Source: a bacterium
GTDB lineage: Bacteria; Bacteroidota; Ignavibacteria; UBA10030
Length of the DNA stretch: 64,000 bases
NCBI GenBank assembly: GCA_043803945.1
Contig: JAZDJN010000016.1
Span: 224,812 to 288,811, forward strand
Direction: 5' to 3'
The notes beneath the pieces are model-generated. The model saw nothing but the letters and a program-made list of their open reading frames with translations, was not told the origin of the DNA and ran no database searches. A program made the position numbers and the translations under genes. This document shows positions 29,271 to 38,222 of the stretch, piece after piece; the first letter of the stretch is position 1; the number at the start of each line of letters is the position of its first letter.

Positions 29271-30686
29271 TCAATGCCTAATCATCGTTGCTTCTTCTAT
29301 CCATTGTTTCCCATCCCAGTATCGAACCTTATTTTGCAAAAACCTCAAATAGGTGTCATCCAATATAGTGGAGAACACGCCCTCCTCATTTCGTTGTTTA
29401 AAATATACTGCTGCTACATCTGTTTTTCTAATATTCAGAAGGGAAAGGTCATTTCTCGAAAAGGAATAATTGAATATACATGATCTGTTCTCATTTGATA
29501 ATGAATAAGTTAATGTAGAATCATCATATGGCTTCCCATCGAATCTAGGTTTTGTTTTCATTTTTTCGTCTATAGGAGATCTAAGCACTTTAATGTAATA
29601 TATTTCAGGAGATGGCATTTGTGTATTGAATCCTGGAGTAACCATGGAAGAACTCTTTCCAATTAATCTTGAGGGATCTATTATCGCAATTGATGCTTCA
29701 CCCAGATCGTGCTCTCCTCGGTATGAACCCGATAAGGCGATCCTTTTCTTCGCCGGACTTACTACCGATACTGTTTCAGCAAAAAGAAAGTGTCCGAAAT
29801 GCCAGTATGCGCCAATTACTTCTAATTTCTCATTGAGTTTGAGCAGAACAAAAGGAGAATAAAAGTTACCCAATCCAACGTACAATTCTGGTATTTTATT
29901 CTCATCAAAATCCCCTGTAAGGAGAAATTTGCAGATGAATACGTTCGGATAATCTTCTCGTTTATATGATACATTCTTACCTAAATCACGACTAAATAGC
30001 GAATCACCATCCGGTGAATATATTCTTATCAGGCTTGTTCTTGTCCAATCATCAGGATCAACCGGAAAGAATGTCACCAGTTCATTTCTCCCATCGTTGT
30101 TTAGGTCGATCAAAGTAGTAAACATTTTCGCTGAAACTTCATAAGTCGGCCGATCACACCAGTAGGGTATCGTCCACAATTGCTGCCGTGCACTATTATA
30201 CACAGCAATCGAATGTAGGGAATCTATATAATCATAACGAACTGGATTTCTATCACTAATTCGATCATTCTCATAATTATTCCTAGGGAAGAAAAGAAAG
30301 AGCATAAAGGCGATCGATAAAAGACCTACTCCACCAACCCTTATCGGCACTGAATATTTCTTCATATAGTACCTGAACTTCTCAATTCCTCTTAATGGCT
30401 CGTAATAGACCTGTGTATATTCTTCAGGTTTACGTGAGAGATATTGTACTGCTCTTCTTATCAATGCACGCTCGGGCTTAGCACCGAGTTTCGGATTTTC
30501 ATCTAACTCTTTATGAGTTGTCATATAGAATTCCTTCATCTCTAGAAAGAGCTGTTGGCAGCCCGGACACAAATCGAGATGTGCTTCGATCTCCCTTGCC
30601 CGCTTAAGCACTTGCTCATCACCCAAAAGAAAAAGCTCTAATGTATGTTCATCGATGTGTCTCATTTCACCTGATATTTCTTTCAT
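29271..30686 (-). CDS. Anti-sigma factor with N-terminal zf-HC2 zinc-finger domain, one TM helix and large extracytoplasmic domain
   Basis: HTLELFLLGDE...HLDLCPGCQQ matches the zf-HC2 anti-sigma motif. TM helix VGGVGLLSIAFMLFLFF, then ~330-aa unknown domain. Start immediately follows the upstream sigma-like gene stop. Confidence 0.6.
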   Translation of the reverse strand: MKEISGEMRHIDEHTLELFLLGDEQVLKRAREIEAHLDLCPGCQQLFLEMKEFYMTTHKELDENPKLGAKPERALIRRAVQYLSRKPEEYTQVYYEPLRGIEKFRYYMKKYSVPIRVGGVGLLSIAFMLFLFFPRNNYENDRISDRNPVRYDYIDSLHSIAVYNSARQQLWTIPYWCDRPTYEVSAKMFTTLIDLNNDGRNELVTFFPVDPDDWTRTSLIRIYSPDGDSLFSRDLGKNVSYKREDYPNVFICKFLLTGDFDENKIPELYVGLGNFYSPFVLLKLNEKLEVIGAYWHFGHFLFAETVSVVSPAKKRIALSGSYRGEHDLGEASIAIIDPSRLIGKSSSMVTPGFNTQMPSPEIYYIKVLRSPIDEKMKTKPRFDGKPYDDSTLTYSLSNENRSCIFNYSFSRNDLSLLNIRKTDVAAVYFKQRNEEGVFSTILDDTYLRFLQNKVRYWDGKQWIEEATMIRH

Positions 30687-31718
30687 CTAATCGCCACTGC
30701 TGAAAATGTTTCTTAATCGCTCTTCCACGCATCGACCAAGGTATTCCAAAATATTCTTATGCTTCCTCGAATATTCTTCTTTCGTTAATCCCTCAATGTG
30801 CCGCTGTAACTCCCTTTGATAACTGAAGCCCTCTCCATTCTGAAAGATAAGCACTGCATGCAAACGCCTTTCGATAACTGTAAAGTATGATTCGTACACC
30901 TCGGTACATACTTTACGCTTGCCAACGTATTTAATGGCCATCTTCTCTCGTACATGTTTACATGCTTCCCGAATCAGAAGGCGTATATCTTCCTCCATAA
31001 GGGTTTCTTCAACTTCAGGCCGCTGAATGTCGGAAATCGCAGGAGAGCCAAAGACCGATCTGAATACCTTTGCAACCATGATGATCGGCAATGATCGGGA
31101 GTATGTATTTTGTTCGCGTATTATTCGTGAGAGTGTTGAAAGGAGTGAAGGGATGATATTTGTTTCATCCCCAGTTGCCCGCATATCCACCTCGAGCAAT
31201 TCAATCGGGTATTCAGGGAGATTCAATAATGGATCACAACAACTCGGTGCGATGTAACTCTCTCCAAATCGCTCGAACTCCGTAAAATTATTCAACGTCT
31301 GAAGTGCAATTTTTATATTCCTTAGAATCCTTCCTAATGTTGGATCGATCTCGTTGTAGAGTCTGAAAAGATTGATATTCACCTTCGAGAAGACCAACCG
31401 ACGGAGCTGGGCGATGAGTTCCTCGTTGGACATAGAAGAAACGGGGAAACCCTCAAAATAGATTTTAAGCTGAACCAAATTTCCATACTGATCCCGCTGA
31501 AAGAGATCAGCGATGCAGTCGTACCCCAGGTCGGTTAAGTCAATGCCTAAGAGATTTTTCGTGAGTCGACCTGAAGCGCGTTTGCTCTTGAGAAATGAGA
31601 TTGCCAATCCGTGGCAGAGTTTAACGAGTTCGTTTAACCGCTGCTCGTTGTAGGAAGAGGAAAGAATAGCCTCAAGGCAGGTGCGGATGTCGGGAAGGAT
31701 ATTTTTCGTGGATGACAT
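30687..31718 (-). CDS. Divergent, enlarged sigma-70-family factor (putative ECF-like sigma with long insertion)
   Basis: Region-2-like LVKLCHGLAISFL...GIDLTDLGYDCIADLFQRDQYG and region-4-like HTH ERRLHAVLIFQNGEGFSYQRELQRHIEGLTKEEYSRKHKNILEYLGRCVEERLR. 343 aa against ~190 for typical ECF sigmas. Co-transcribed with the anti-sigma gene. Confidence 0.45.
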   Translation of the reverse strand: MSSTKNILPDIRTCLEAILSSSYNEQRLNELVKLCHGLAISFLKSKRASGRLTKNLLGIDLTDLGYDCIADLFQRDQYGNLVQLKIYFEGFPVSSMSNEELIAQLRRLVFSKVNINLFRLYNEIDPTLGRILRNIKIALQTLNNFTEFERFGESYIAPSCCDPLLNLPEYPIELLEVDMRATGDETNIIPSLLSTLSRIIREQNTYSRSLPIIMVAKVFRSVFGSPAISDIQRPEVEETLMEEDIRLLIREACKHVREKMAIKYVGKRKVCTEVYESYFTVIERRLHAVLIFQNGEGFSYQRELQRHIEGLTKEEYSRKHKNILEYLGRCVEERLRNIFSSGD

Positions 31719-31768
31719 ACGATGTGTTACTTCATAATGAGACCAAGCACTATCTTCACTCTAAATTG

Positions 31769-32326
31769 CTACTTCATCTTGAGCAATTGTTGAACATTCT
31801 CCAGAACGTCGCTCCGTTCTAGATCAATAAATGCCCTAGCGATAGCGAGGAGGTACTTTGAGTCAAGGTGTTTGCTGTAAAGCCTGGCAAGTAATTGCAC
31901 ATCGTCTCGATCTCTACCCCTGTCAGCAGCAAGTTTATAAATAATCAAATCCTCGACAGTACAACATGGTATTGATCTGCCAGCAACTTTCTTTTGAATT
32001 GCCCGTCGCACAGCACTTCTATCAAATCCACCCAGGCCCGCTGAAATATCAATCTCAACACCTGTCTCCGGATCGGTTACGGGAAGGACAAAATACTTTT
32101 CAAAAAAATCTTCTGGATGATCTTTTCTCGGTTTATAGAACTTAAGAATGCGTGCTGCAGTTGCTTTTAAAACATCAAATTCTATGAGGAGCGTGATATC
32201 AATATCCTTTGTTACCCTCTGAATTCCATATAAGATTACTGCATATCCTCCAATGAGAATATATCGTAAATTGTTTTGCATCAGATTGTCATCGAGTCGT
32301 AATATTGTCTTCTCGAATTGAGTCAT
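31769..32326 (-). CDS. Pol-beta-superfamily nucleotidyltransferase-fold protein (TA-toxin-like minimal NTase)
   Basis: LRYILIGGYAVILYGIQRVTKDIDITLL matches the G[GS]x9-13DxD NTase core; 185 aa. ATGA overlap with the upstream small gene. Confidence 0.5.
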   Translation of the reverse strand: MTQFEKTILRLDDNLMQNNLRYILIGGYAVILYGIQRVTKDIDITLLIEFDVLKATAARILKFYKPRKDHPEDFFEKYFVLPVTDPETGVEIDISAGLGGFDRSAVRRAIQKKVAGRSIPCCTVEDLIIYKLAADRGRDRDDVQLLARLYSKHLDSKYLLAIARAFIDLERSDVLENVQQLLKMK

Positions 32327-32577
32327 TCTTTTATATCAGGTAGTCTATTCAATAGTCTCTGACGATCAATGGTTGATTGTAACTCAATATCCCGTACCTT
32401 TTGATGTATCGATTCATCGATAGGAAAAGCTAGAGCTTCATCCATAAATATGAGAAATTCTTGGAGAGATGCAGGATCTTCTGCTGCTTTAAGTATCCGT
32501 TCTTCTTCCAACTGTCCCATCATCTCATACTTGCGTTTGAATGCTTGGTACTCTGCCATATTTTCGAAAAGCTTCAT
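32323..32577 (-). CDS. Small acidic hypothetical protein (84 aa from ATG; the track's 98-aa version starts at TTG), putative partner of the NTase
   Basis: Coupled to the NTase gene by a 4-nt overlap. Only a TTG exists at the track start 32619, so the first ATG at 32577 (MKLFENMAEY...) is preferred. Confidence 0.4.
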   Translation of the reverse strand: MKLFENMAEYQAFKRKYEMMGQLEEERILKAAEDPASLQEFLIFMDEALAFPIDESIHQKVRDIELQSTIDRQRLLNRLPDIKE

Positions 32578-32674
32578 CGTCTTCACTAAGGATTTTATAT
32601 TCGGGAACTGAGCTGCCAACCTGAACGGTTTTCGGGCGGGGCTCCCTCACAGTTAGAATTAACGTATCGGGTCA

Positions 32675-32974
32675 TTAAGCCGTCTTCTCAATTCCTTCTT
32701 CATTCTGAATGATGATTTTGGGAGAGGGATTTTTAGGTGGAATGGGCACCCCATGTTCTTTCATGATAAAGGTATGCTCACGCATTCCCCATCGAGCTTT
32801 ATAGAGACAATCTTCAATGGAATGTCCGATCCCTGTAAATCCTTCTAACTCGGGGGAATAGAATCCAAAAAAGTCTGGCTCTTTCGTTGCTTCGATGATA
32901 AGAGAATAATCTAAGTCTAACAATCGCTTTATCCAATCGCTCACGTTACGCAAAAAAGAAAAATCATCGATCAA
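32675..32974 (-). CDS. HicB-like (UPF0150) antitoxin-fold protein, orphan
   Basis: YSLIIEATKEPDFFGFYSPELEGFTGIGHSIEDCLYKARWGMREH resembles the HicB N-domain. The start codon at 32974 is TTG. No HicA-like ORF with a start codon is adjacent. Confidence 0.4.
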   Translation of the reverse strand: MIDDFSFLRNVSDWIKRLLDLDYSLIIEATKEPDFFGFYSPELEGFTGIGHSIEDCLYKARWGMREHTFIMKEHGVPIPPKNPSPKIIIQNEEGIEKTA

Positions 32975-33271
32975 TGGAGGTATTTCTGAGCAAAATCAAA
33001 CCTCCCCATATGGGGCCGTCCAAAAAGAAACGATCTGTCACACCGGAATGCTTCAATCCGGTGTCCAGTGCCTTAATTAAGCATTTTTCTGGATTCCGGT
33101 TAGAAGATTACCGGAATGACAGTGCACTAGTTTTCTTTTTAGACAGCCCCAAAAGGGGAGGTTAAAAACAAGAATAACCACTTCAATCAAGAAGCTTCTT
33201 CGTTTTAAGTAACAACAGTAATCAATAGAATTTTAATCAAACTGTTGGCCATTCGCAAGGTATAAAAGCTG

Positions 33272-36148
33272 CTATGGCGTAAATAATACTTTCTTCAAAT
33301 ATACTGCTGTATGTGACCGCTTATTCTTCACGATCTCTTCAGGAGTCCCCTCTGCAACAATCTCCCCTCCTTCGTCTCCCCCTTCAGGACCCAGGTCGAT
33401 AATCCAATCGGCGGTCTTGATCACGTCAAGATTATGTTCGATGACGATCACGGTATTTCCCTTGTCCACCAATTTATTCAGCACTGTGAGAAGCATCCGG
33501 ATATCTTCAAAGTGTAATCCGGTTGTCGGTTCATCCAGAATGTAAAGTGTCTTTCCGGTACCAATTTTCGAAAGCTCCGTTGCTAATTTCACCCGCTGCG
33601 CTTCTCCTCCGGAGAGAGTCGTGGCCTGTTGGCCCAAACGGATATATCCGAGCCCGACGTCAAAGAGAGTCTGCAAATGTCTCATAAGGCGGGGATACTC
33701 GCTGAAGAGCGCCATCGCATCTTCAACGGTCATATCAAGAACCTCTGCGATCGATTTACCTTTATAGTGAACCTCGAGTGTTTCACGATTATACCGTTTC
33801 CCTTTACAAACATCGCAGAGCACGTAAACGTCAGGGAGGAAATTCATTTCTATTTTGCGCACTCCGTCGCCCTCACACCCCTCGCAGCGGCCGCCTTTCA
33901 CGTTAAAACTAAAGCGTCCCGCCTTGTATCCGCGTATCTTTGCCTCCGGCAATTGAGTATAGAGATCGCGGATGAGTGTAAAGAGCCCTGTATAGGTTGA
34001 AGGATTTGAGCGTGGAGTTCGCCCGATGGGAGACTGGTCGATATCGATAACTTTGTCGATGTGCTCGATTCCCTTTATTTCTTTATAGGGGAGAGCAACC
34101 ATGCGGGAGCGATAAAATTTATTGGAAAGAATCGGATAGAGCGTTTCATTAATCAGCGAAGATTTGCCGGATCCGCTGACACCGGTTACGCAAACGAATG
34201 TTCCAAGGGGAAGTGCTAACGTTACCGATTTGAGATTATTCCCTGTTGTTCCTTTCAGGACAATAGATTTCCCGTTTCCAGCTCGTCGTGTTTCCGGGAC
34301 CTCGATCTTGCGCATTCCCTTCAGATACATTGTTGTAAAAGACTGGACGGATTGAGCGGGACCCCGATTCAACTCCAACGTACGATGAGTCTTCAATTCA
34401 CCGGGTCTGCCAGTCGTCACAACGTAACCCCCATGCTCACCAGCTCCCGGTCCCAAATCAACAACAAAGTCTGCATGTTCAATGGTTTCTTTGTCGTGCT
34501 CAACAACGATGATGGTATTACCGAGATCGCGAAGAGATTTCAATGAGGTGATGAGTTTGATATTATCGCGTTGATGAAGCCCGATGCTGGGTTCATCGAG
34601 GATATAGAGTACGCCGACCAATTGGGTGCCGATCTGAGTGGCAAGACGTATTCGCTGACCTTCCCCGCCGGAAAGCGTCCTCGCCGAACGGTCAAGTGTG
34701 AGATAATCAAGTCCAACATTCAGGAGAAAATCGAGCCGCTGTGTAATTTCTTTGAGGATCTGCCTGCCGATTTCCTGCTGCCGCGGGGATAGTTCCAAAG
34801 CATCAAAAAAATTTCGTGTCGATTTGATAGACATCGAGACAATGGAATTTATCGGGTATGCCGATCCATCCTGTACATTTTCCAACTTAACGGCCAAGGA
34901 TTCTTTTCTTAACCTCCCACCGTTACAGCTTTCACAAGGAGCCGTGCTCATAAATGATTCAACCCACTCCCGAATCTGATTACTCGATGTCTCTTCGTAG
35001 AATCGGTTCATCATTTGCAGCACACCGCCGAATCGATGACGATAGGTTAGGACACGGCCGCTCGACTGTGAATATTCGATCTCGAATTTTTCACTCCCCG
35101 CGCCGTAGAGGAGAACTTTCTTCGCCTCAGGAGTAAGCTCGTTCAGGGGAGTGTCAAAGTCAAATTCATATCGCTTTGCCACTGCCCGCAACTGGCTGAA
35201 CATCCATGTGGAACGCGGTTTGCCGAGTGCTGCAATTCCCTCCTGATTGATTGAACGGCTCTCATCGGGAATAATCAGTTGAAGGTTAAAAGCCCGCTTC
35301 TCGCCGAGTCCTTCGCATTCGGGACAGGAGCCTGCCGGTGAGTTAAAAGAGAATGAACTGGGTGCCGGCTCCTCATAACTGATTCCACAGTAATGGCAGG
35401 CATATTCCCGGCTGAAGAGGTGATTCTTCTCTCCATCGAATACCAAGAGCATGCCATCCCCATACCGCAATGCCACTTCTACAGATTCTGCCACACGGGT
35501 ACGGATCTCTTTCTTTACTGCAATTCGATCAATCACAATTTCGATGTTGTGAATTTTATACCGATCGACCTTCATCCCCTCCTGCAGCTCTTTCATTGTT
35601 CCATCGATACGAACGCGAACAAAACCATCCTTCATGAATTGTTCAAAGAGGTCACGATAATGACCCTTGCGGCCCCGAACGACAGGTGCGAGAATCTGCA
35701 ATTTCGTTCCTGCGGGAAATCGGAGAATCGCATCGATGATTTGATCGACAGTCTGGCGTTGTACTTTTCGCCCGCACTGGAAACAAAACTGCGTGCCGAC
35801 CCGGGCAAAGAGCAGCCGCAAATAATCGTAGATCTCGGTAACCGTCCCAACGGTCGAACGGGGATTGTGACTGATTGTTTTTTGCTCGATGGAGATAGAA
35901 GGGCTTAATCCTTCAATGTAATCAACATCGGGGCGTTCCATAATCCCGATAAACTGCCGCGCGTAGGCTGAGAGACTCTCAACATATCGACGTTGCCCTT
36001 CTGCATAAATCGTATCAAACGCTAAACTTGATTTTCCAGAGCCGGACAGTCCCGTGATAACGACGAACTGATCCCGCGGTATTTCGACATCGATACTCTT
36101 TAAATTATGAACCCGGGCACCCCGGATGATTAATGAATCTTCAGGCAT
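33272..36148 (-). CDS. uvrA: Excinuclease ABC subunit A
   Basis: Two ABC ATPase modules, zinc fingers, signature LSGGE. The track ORF starts at GTG 36217; the ATG at 36148 ([17 protein letters not shown]) fits the canonical UvrA N-terminus. Confidence 0.92.
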   Translation of the reverse strand: MPEDSLIIRGARVHNLKSIDVEIPRDQFVVITGLSGSGKSSLAFDTIYAEGQRRYVESLSAYARQFIGIMERPDVDYIEGLSPSISIEQKTISHNPRSTVGTVTEIYDYLRLLFARVGTQFCFQCGRKVQRQTVDQIIDAILRFPAGTKLQILAPVVRGRKGHYRDLFEQFMKDGFVRVRIDGTMKELQEGMKVDRYKIHNIEIVIDRIAVKKEIRTRVAESVEVALRYGDGMLLVFDGEKNHLFSREYACHYCGISYEEPAPSSFSFNSPAGSCPECEGLGEKRAFNLQLIIPDESRSINQEGIAALGKPRSTWMFSQLRAVAKRYEFDFDTPLNELTPEAKKVLLYGAGSEKFEIEYSQSSGRVLTYRHRFGGVLQMMNRFYEETSSNQIREWVESFMSTAPCESCNGGRLRKESLAVKLENVQDGSAYPINSIVSMSIKSTRNFFDALELSPRQQEIGRQILKEITQRLDFLLNVGLDYLTLDRSARTLSGGEGQRIRLATQIGTQLVGVLYILDEPSIGLHQRDNIKLITSLKSLRDLGNTIIVVEHDKETIEHADFVVDLGPGAGEHGGYVVTTGRPGELKTHRTLELNRGPAQSVQSFTTMYLKGMRKIEVPETRRAGNGKSIVLKGTTGNNLKSVTLALPLGTFVCVTGVSGSGKSSLINETLYPILSNKFYRSRMVALPYKEIKGIEHIDKVIDIDQSPIGRTPRSNPSTYTGLFTLIRDLYTQLPEAKIRGYKAGRFSFNVKGGRCEGCEGDGVRKIEMNFLPDVYVLCDVCKGKRYNRETLEVHYKGKSIAEVLDMTVEDAMALFSEYPRLMRHLQTLFDVGLGYIRLGQQATTLSGGEAQRVKLATELSKIGTGKTLYILDEPTTGLHFEDIRMLLTVLNKLVDKGNTVIVIEHNLDVIKTADWIIDLGPEGGDEGGEIVAEGTPEEIVKNKRSHTAVYLKKVLFTP

Positions 36149-36246
36149 ATGGTACACGTTATGGACAGTGTTAAGAGGATTGCACTGACGAACGGAAAAT
36201 ACTCTGTGTCCCGCCACTAGAGCACATCCAGATCGCGAATCACTCC

Positions 36247-37143
36247 CTAATACATCTTCCTTCGTTTATTTAAATATTCTATGAGCGAGGTATCGAATGG
36301 TGTGGCTGTGTCGAGCAGGATATAGTCAATTGCATTCTCCCGGCATTCTTTCTTTATCAAGTCAAGAAACTCCTGCATCGATTTTCGATAGGCTTTCTGC
36401 ACATGCCACGGTTGCGTGAGAAGCTCCTCTCTCGTTTCAAGATCGCGAAAGACAGCATCGCTGCCAAAGGCAAATGAACGTTCGAGAGGATCCAGGATCT
36501 GCATCACGATCACTTCGTTTCCCCTGTGCCGGAAATGCTTGAGCGCAGTGATTACACTTTGGGGATCATCGAAGAGATCGCTCAGGACAATAACGAGCCC
36601 CCGGCGTTTGATTCGTTCTGCGACTTCGTGGAGCGATTGAGCAGTACCGGTTTTATTTGCCGCTTCGAGATGTTCTAGCTCACGAAGAATCTGATTCAAA
36701 TATAATCGGGTTGCACGGGGAGGAAGCGATTTTCGGACCTGTTCATCATAGACGGTCAATCCAACCGCATCGCGCTGCTCGATCATCAGGTATGCGAGTG
36801 CAGCAGCGAGATACGAGGCATATTCAACTTTTTTCAAGTTCTTCTCTGATGCATAGCCCATTGAGGCACTTGCATCGAGAAGGATATACGATTTTAAATT
36901 CGTCTCTTCTTCAAATTGCTTGATATAATAACGATCAGTTTTTCCATACGCTTTCCAGTCGATATGCTTGATCTCATCCCCTGGCATATACGGCCGATGC
37001 TCGGTAAACTCGACACTGAAGCCATGATAGGGACTCTTGTGCAAGCCCGTGATGAATCCCTCCACCACCAGGCGTGCACGCAATTCCATATTCGCAAGCT
37101 GTGCTGCAACCTCCGGCTGCAAATATTTCATACTATCAAACAT
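36247..37143 (-). CDS. DUF58 domain protein (vWA-like, MoxR-associated family)
   Basis: GFSVEFTEHRPYMPGDEIKHIDWKAYGKTDRYYIKQFEEETNL...ILLDASASM matches the DUF58 signature. Confidence 0.8.
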   Translation of the reverse strand: MFDSMKYLQPEVAAQLANMELRARLVVEGFITGLHKSPYHGFSVEFTEHRPYMPGDEIKHIDWKAYGKTDRYYIKQFEEETNLKSYILLDASASMGYASEKNLKKVEYASYLAAALAYLMIEQRDAVGLTVYDEQVRKSLPPRATRLYLNQILRELEHLEAANKTGTAQSLHEVAERIKRRGLVIVLSDLFDDPQSVITALKHFRHRGNEVIVMQILDPLERSFAFGSDAVFRDLETREELLTQPWHVQKAYRKSMQEFLDLIKKECRENAIDYILLDTATPFDTSLIEYLNKRRKMY

Positions 37144-37157
37144 TTATAGAATTCCTC

Positions 37158-37613
37158 TTACTTCCCTGAGCCTTTTAGCTCTTTCAAAGCCGCACGCGCG
37201 GATTCACGCTGCAACGCTGCAGGAAAACGATTCAGGAAATCCTCGTACGCGATGGTAGCAGCATTCAGATCCTTTAACTCGCGATGAGCAATGTAACCGA
37301 TCAGATATGCCGCCGTCGGGGCAATCGGATGCTGTGGATACTCTTTAAGAATTCGTTGAAAGGATTTGATTGCCTCCCTAAACGAGCTCTTTTGCTCATA
37401 AAGAATGTTTCCCATCTGAAATAGCGCTTCTGGATACTTTTTACTGGCGGGATACAATTCACAGAACTGCCCGTATTTTTCTAATGCGGCATCATACTGC
37501 TCTGAACGATTCGCGTCCTCAGCTTCCTTAAACAAAGCCTCTTCTGTTGGTTTGTCACATCCAGCCAGCACAACAACAACCAAAAGAACTAAACTGAAAT
37601 ACCGTCCTTGCAT
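37158..37613 (-). CDS. TPR-repeat lipoprotein (YbgF/CpoB-like)
   Basis: Lipoprotein signal MQGRYFSLVLLVVVVLAGC from the ATG at 37613 (track start 37637 is TTG). TPR repeats; paralog of the next gene. Confidence 0.7.
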   Translation of the reverse strand: MQGRYFSLVLLVVVVLAGCDKPTEEALFKEAEDANRSEQYDAALEKYGQFCELYPASKKYPEALFQMGNILYEQKSSFREAIKSFQRILKEYPQHPIAPTAAYLIGYIAHRELKDLNAATIAYEDFLNRFPAALQRESARAALKELKGSGK

Positions 37614-37643
37614 GGATCCTCCCCTCTCGCCGGTCAAGGCAAG

Positions 37644-38153
37644 TCACTTTTTCTTTTTTGATTTCGCTGCCAGAGGCTTGGATTCGGCAGGCGTGATAAT
37701 TTCATTAGGATTTTTCCCCAGATTTTCCAACTCATATTTTGCAGAGAGTGCCAATTCATGAGCGGGGTACTTTTGAAGAAATTCGCTATAGACTGCACGC
37801 GCACTATCGAGTTGCTTCAATTCATTGTGATACAAGAATCCACAGAGAAACAAAGCATTGACAGCCTTGCCGGAATCGGGATATTCTATTGCTGCCATCC
37901 TGTAATATTTAATGGAACGGGGAAAATCCTTCGAATAATTCTGATAGATCGTACCAATCGCATAGAGAGCAGACAATCGATGGTCCGACTTCGGAGTCTT
38001 GTTAAGAATTTCATTGTACAAGGAAAGAGCCGCCTGATAATTGCTTGTTTTCAACGAATCCTCGGCTTCTTTCAAATACTCCTGATCTGATTTCTGTGAA
38101 CAACCAAGTATGAAGAGTAAACAAACACCAGCAACGATGATACTACCTTTCAT
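37644..38153 (-). CDS. TPR-repeat lipoprotein (paralog of preceding gene)
   Basis: Signal MKGSIIVAGVCLLFILGCSQ, TPR repeats, same architecture as the 37158..37613 gene. Confidence 0.7.
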   Translation of the reverse strand: MKGSIIVAGVCLLFILGCSQKSDQEYLKEAEDSLKTSNYQAALSLYNEILNKTPKSDHRLSALYAIGTIYQNYSKDFPRSIKYYRMAAIEYPDSGKAVNALFLCGFLYHNELKQLDSARAVYSEFLQKYPAHELALSAKYELENLGKNPNEIITPAESKPLAAKSKKKK

Positions 38154-38222
38154 AGGTTCTCCTTACAATAACGATGATGATTGATATAATATTAAATAAT
38201 GACAGCAGAGTCAAAGAACTCT

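Noticed and set aside
32975-33271. HicA toxin gene upstream of the HicB-like gene
   Set aside because: The only open frame on the correct strand (..KALDTGLKHSGVTDRFFLDGPIWGGL..) has no ATG/GTG/TTG start after an in-frame TAA and no HicA signature.
36149-36217. 23-aa N-terminal extension of UvrA from a GTG start
   Set aside because: The canonical UvrA N-terminus begins at the downstream ATG (36148), and the extension has no homolog-like sequence.
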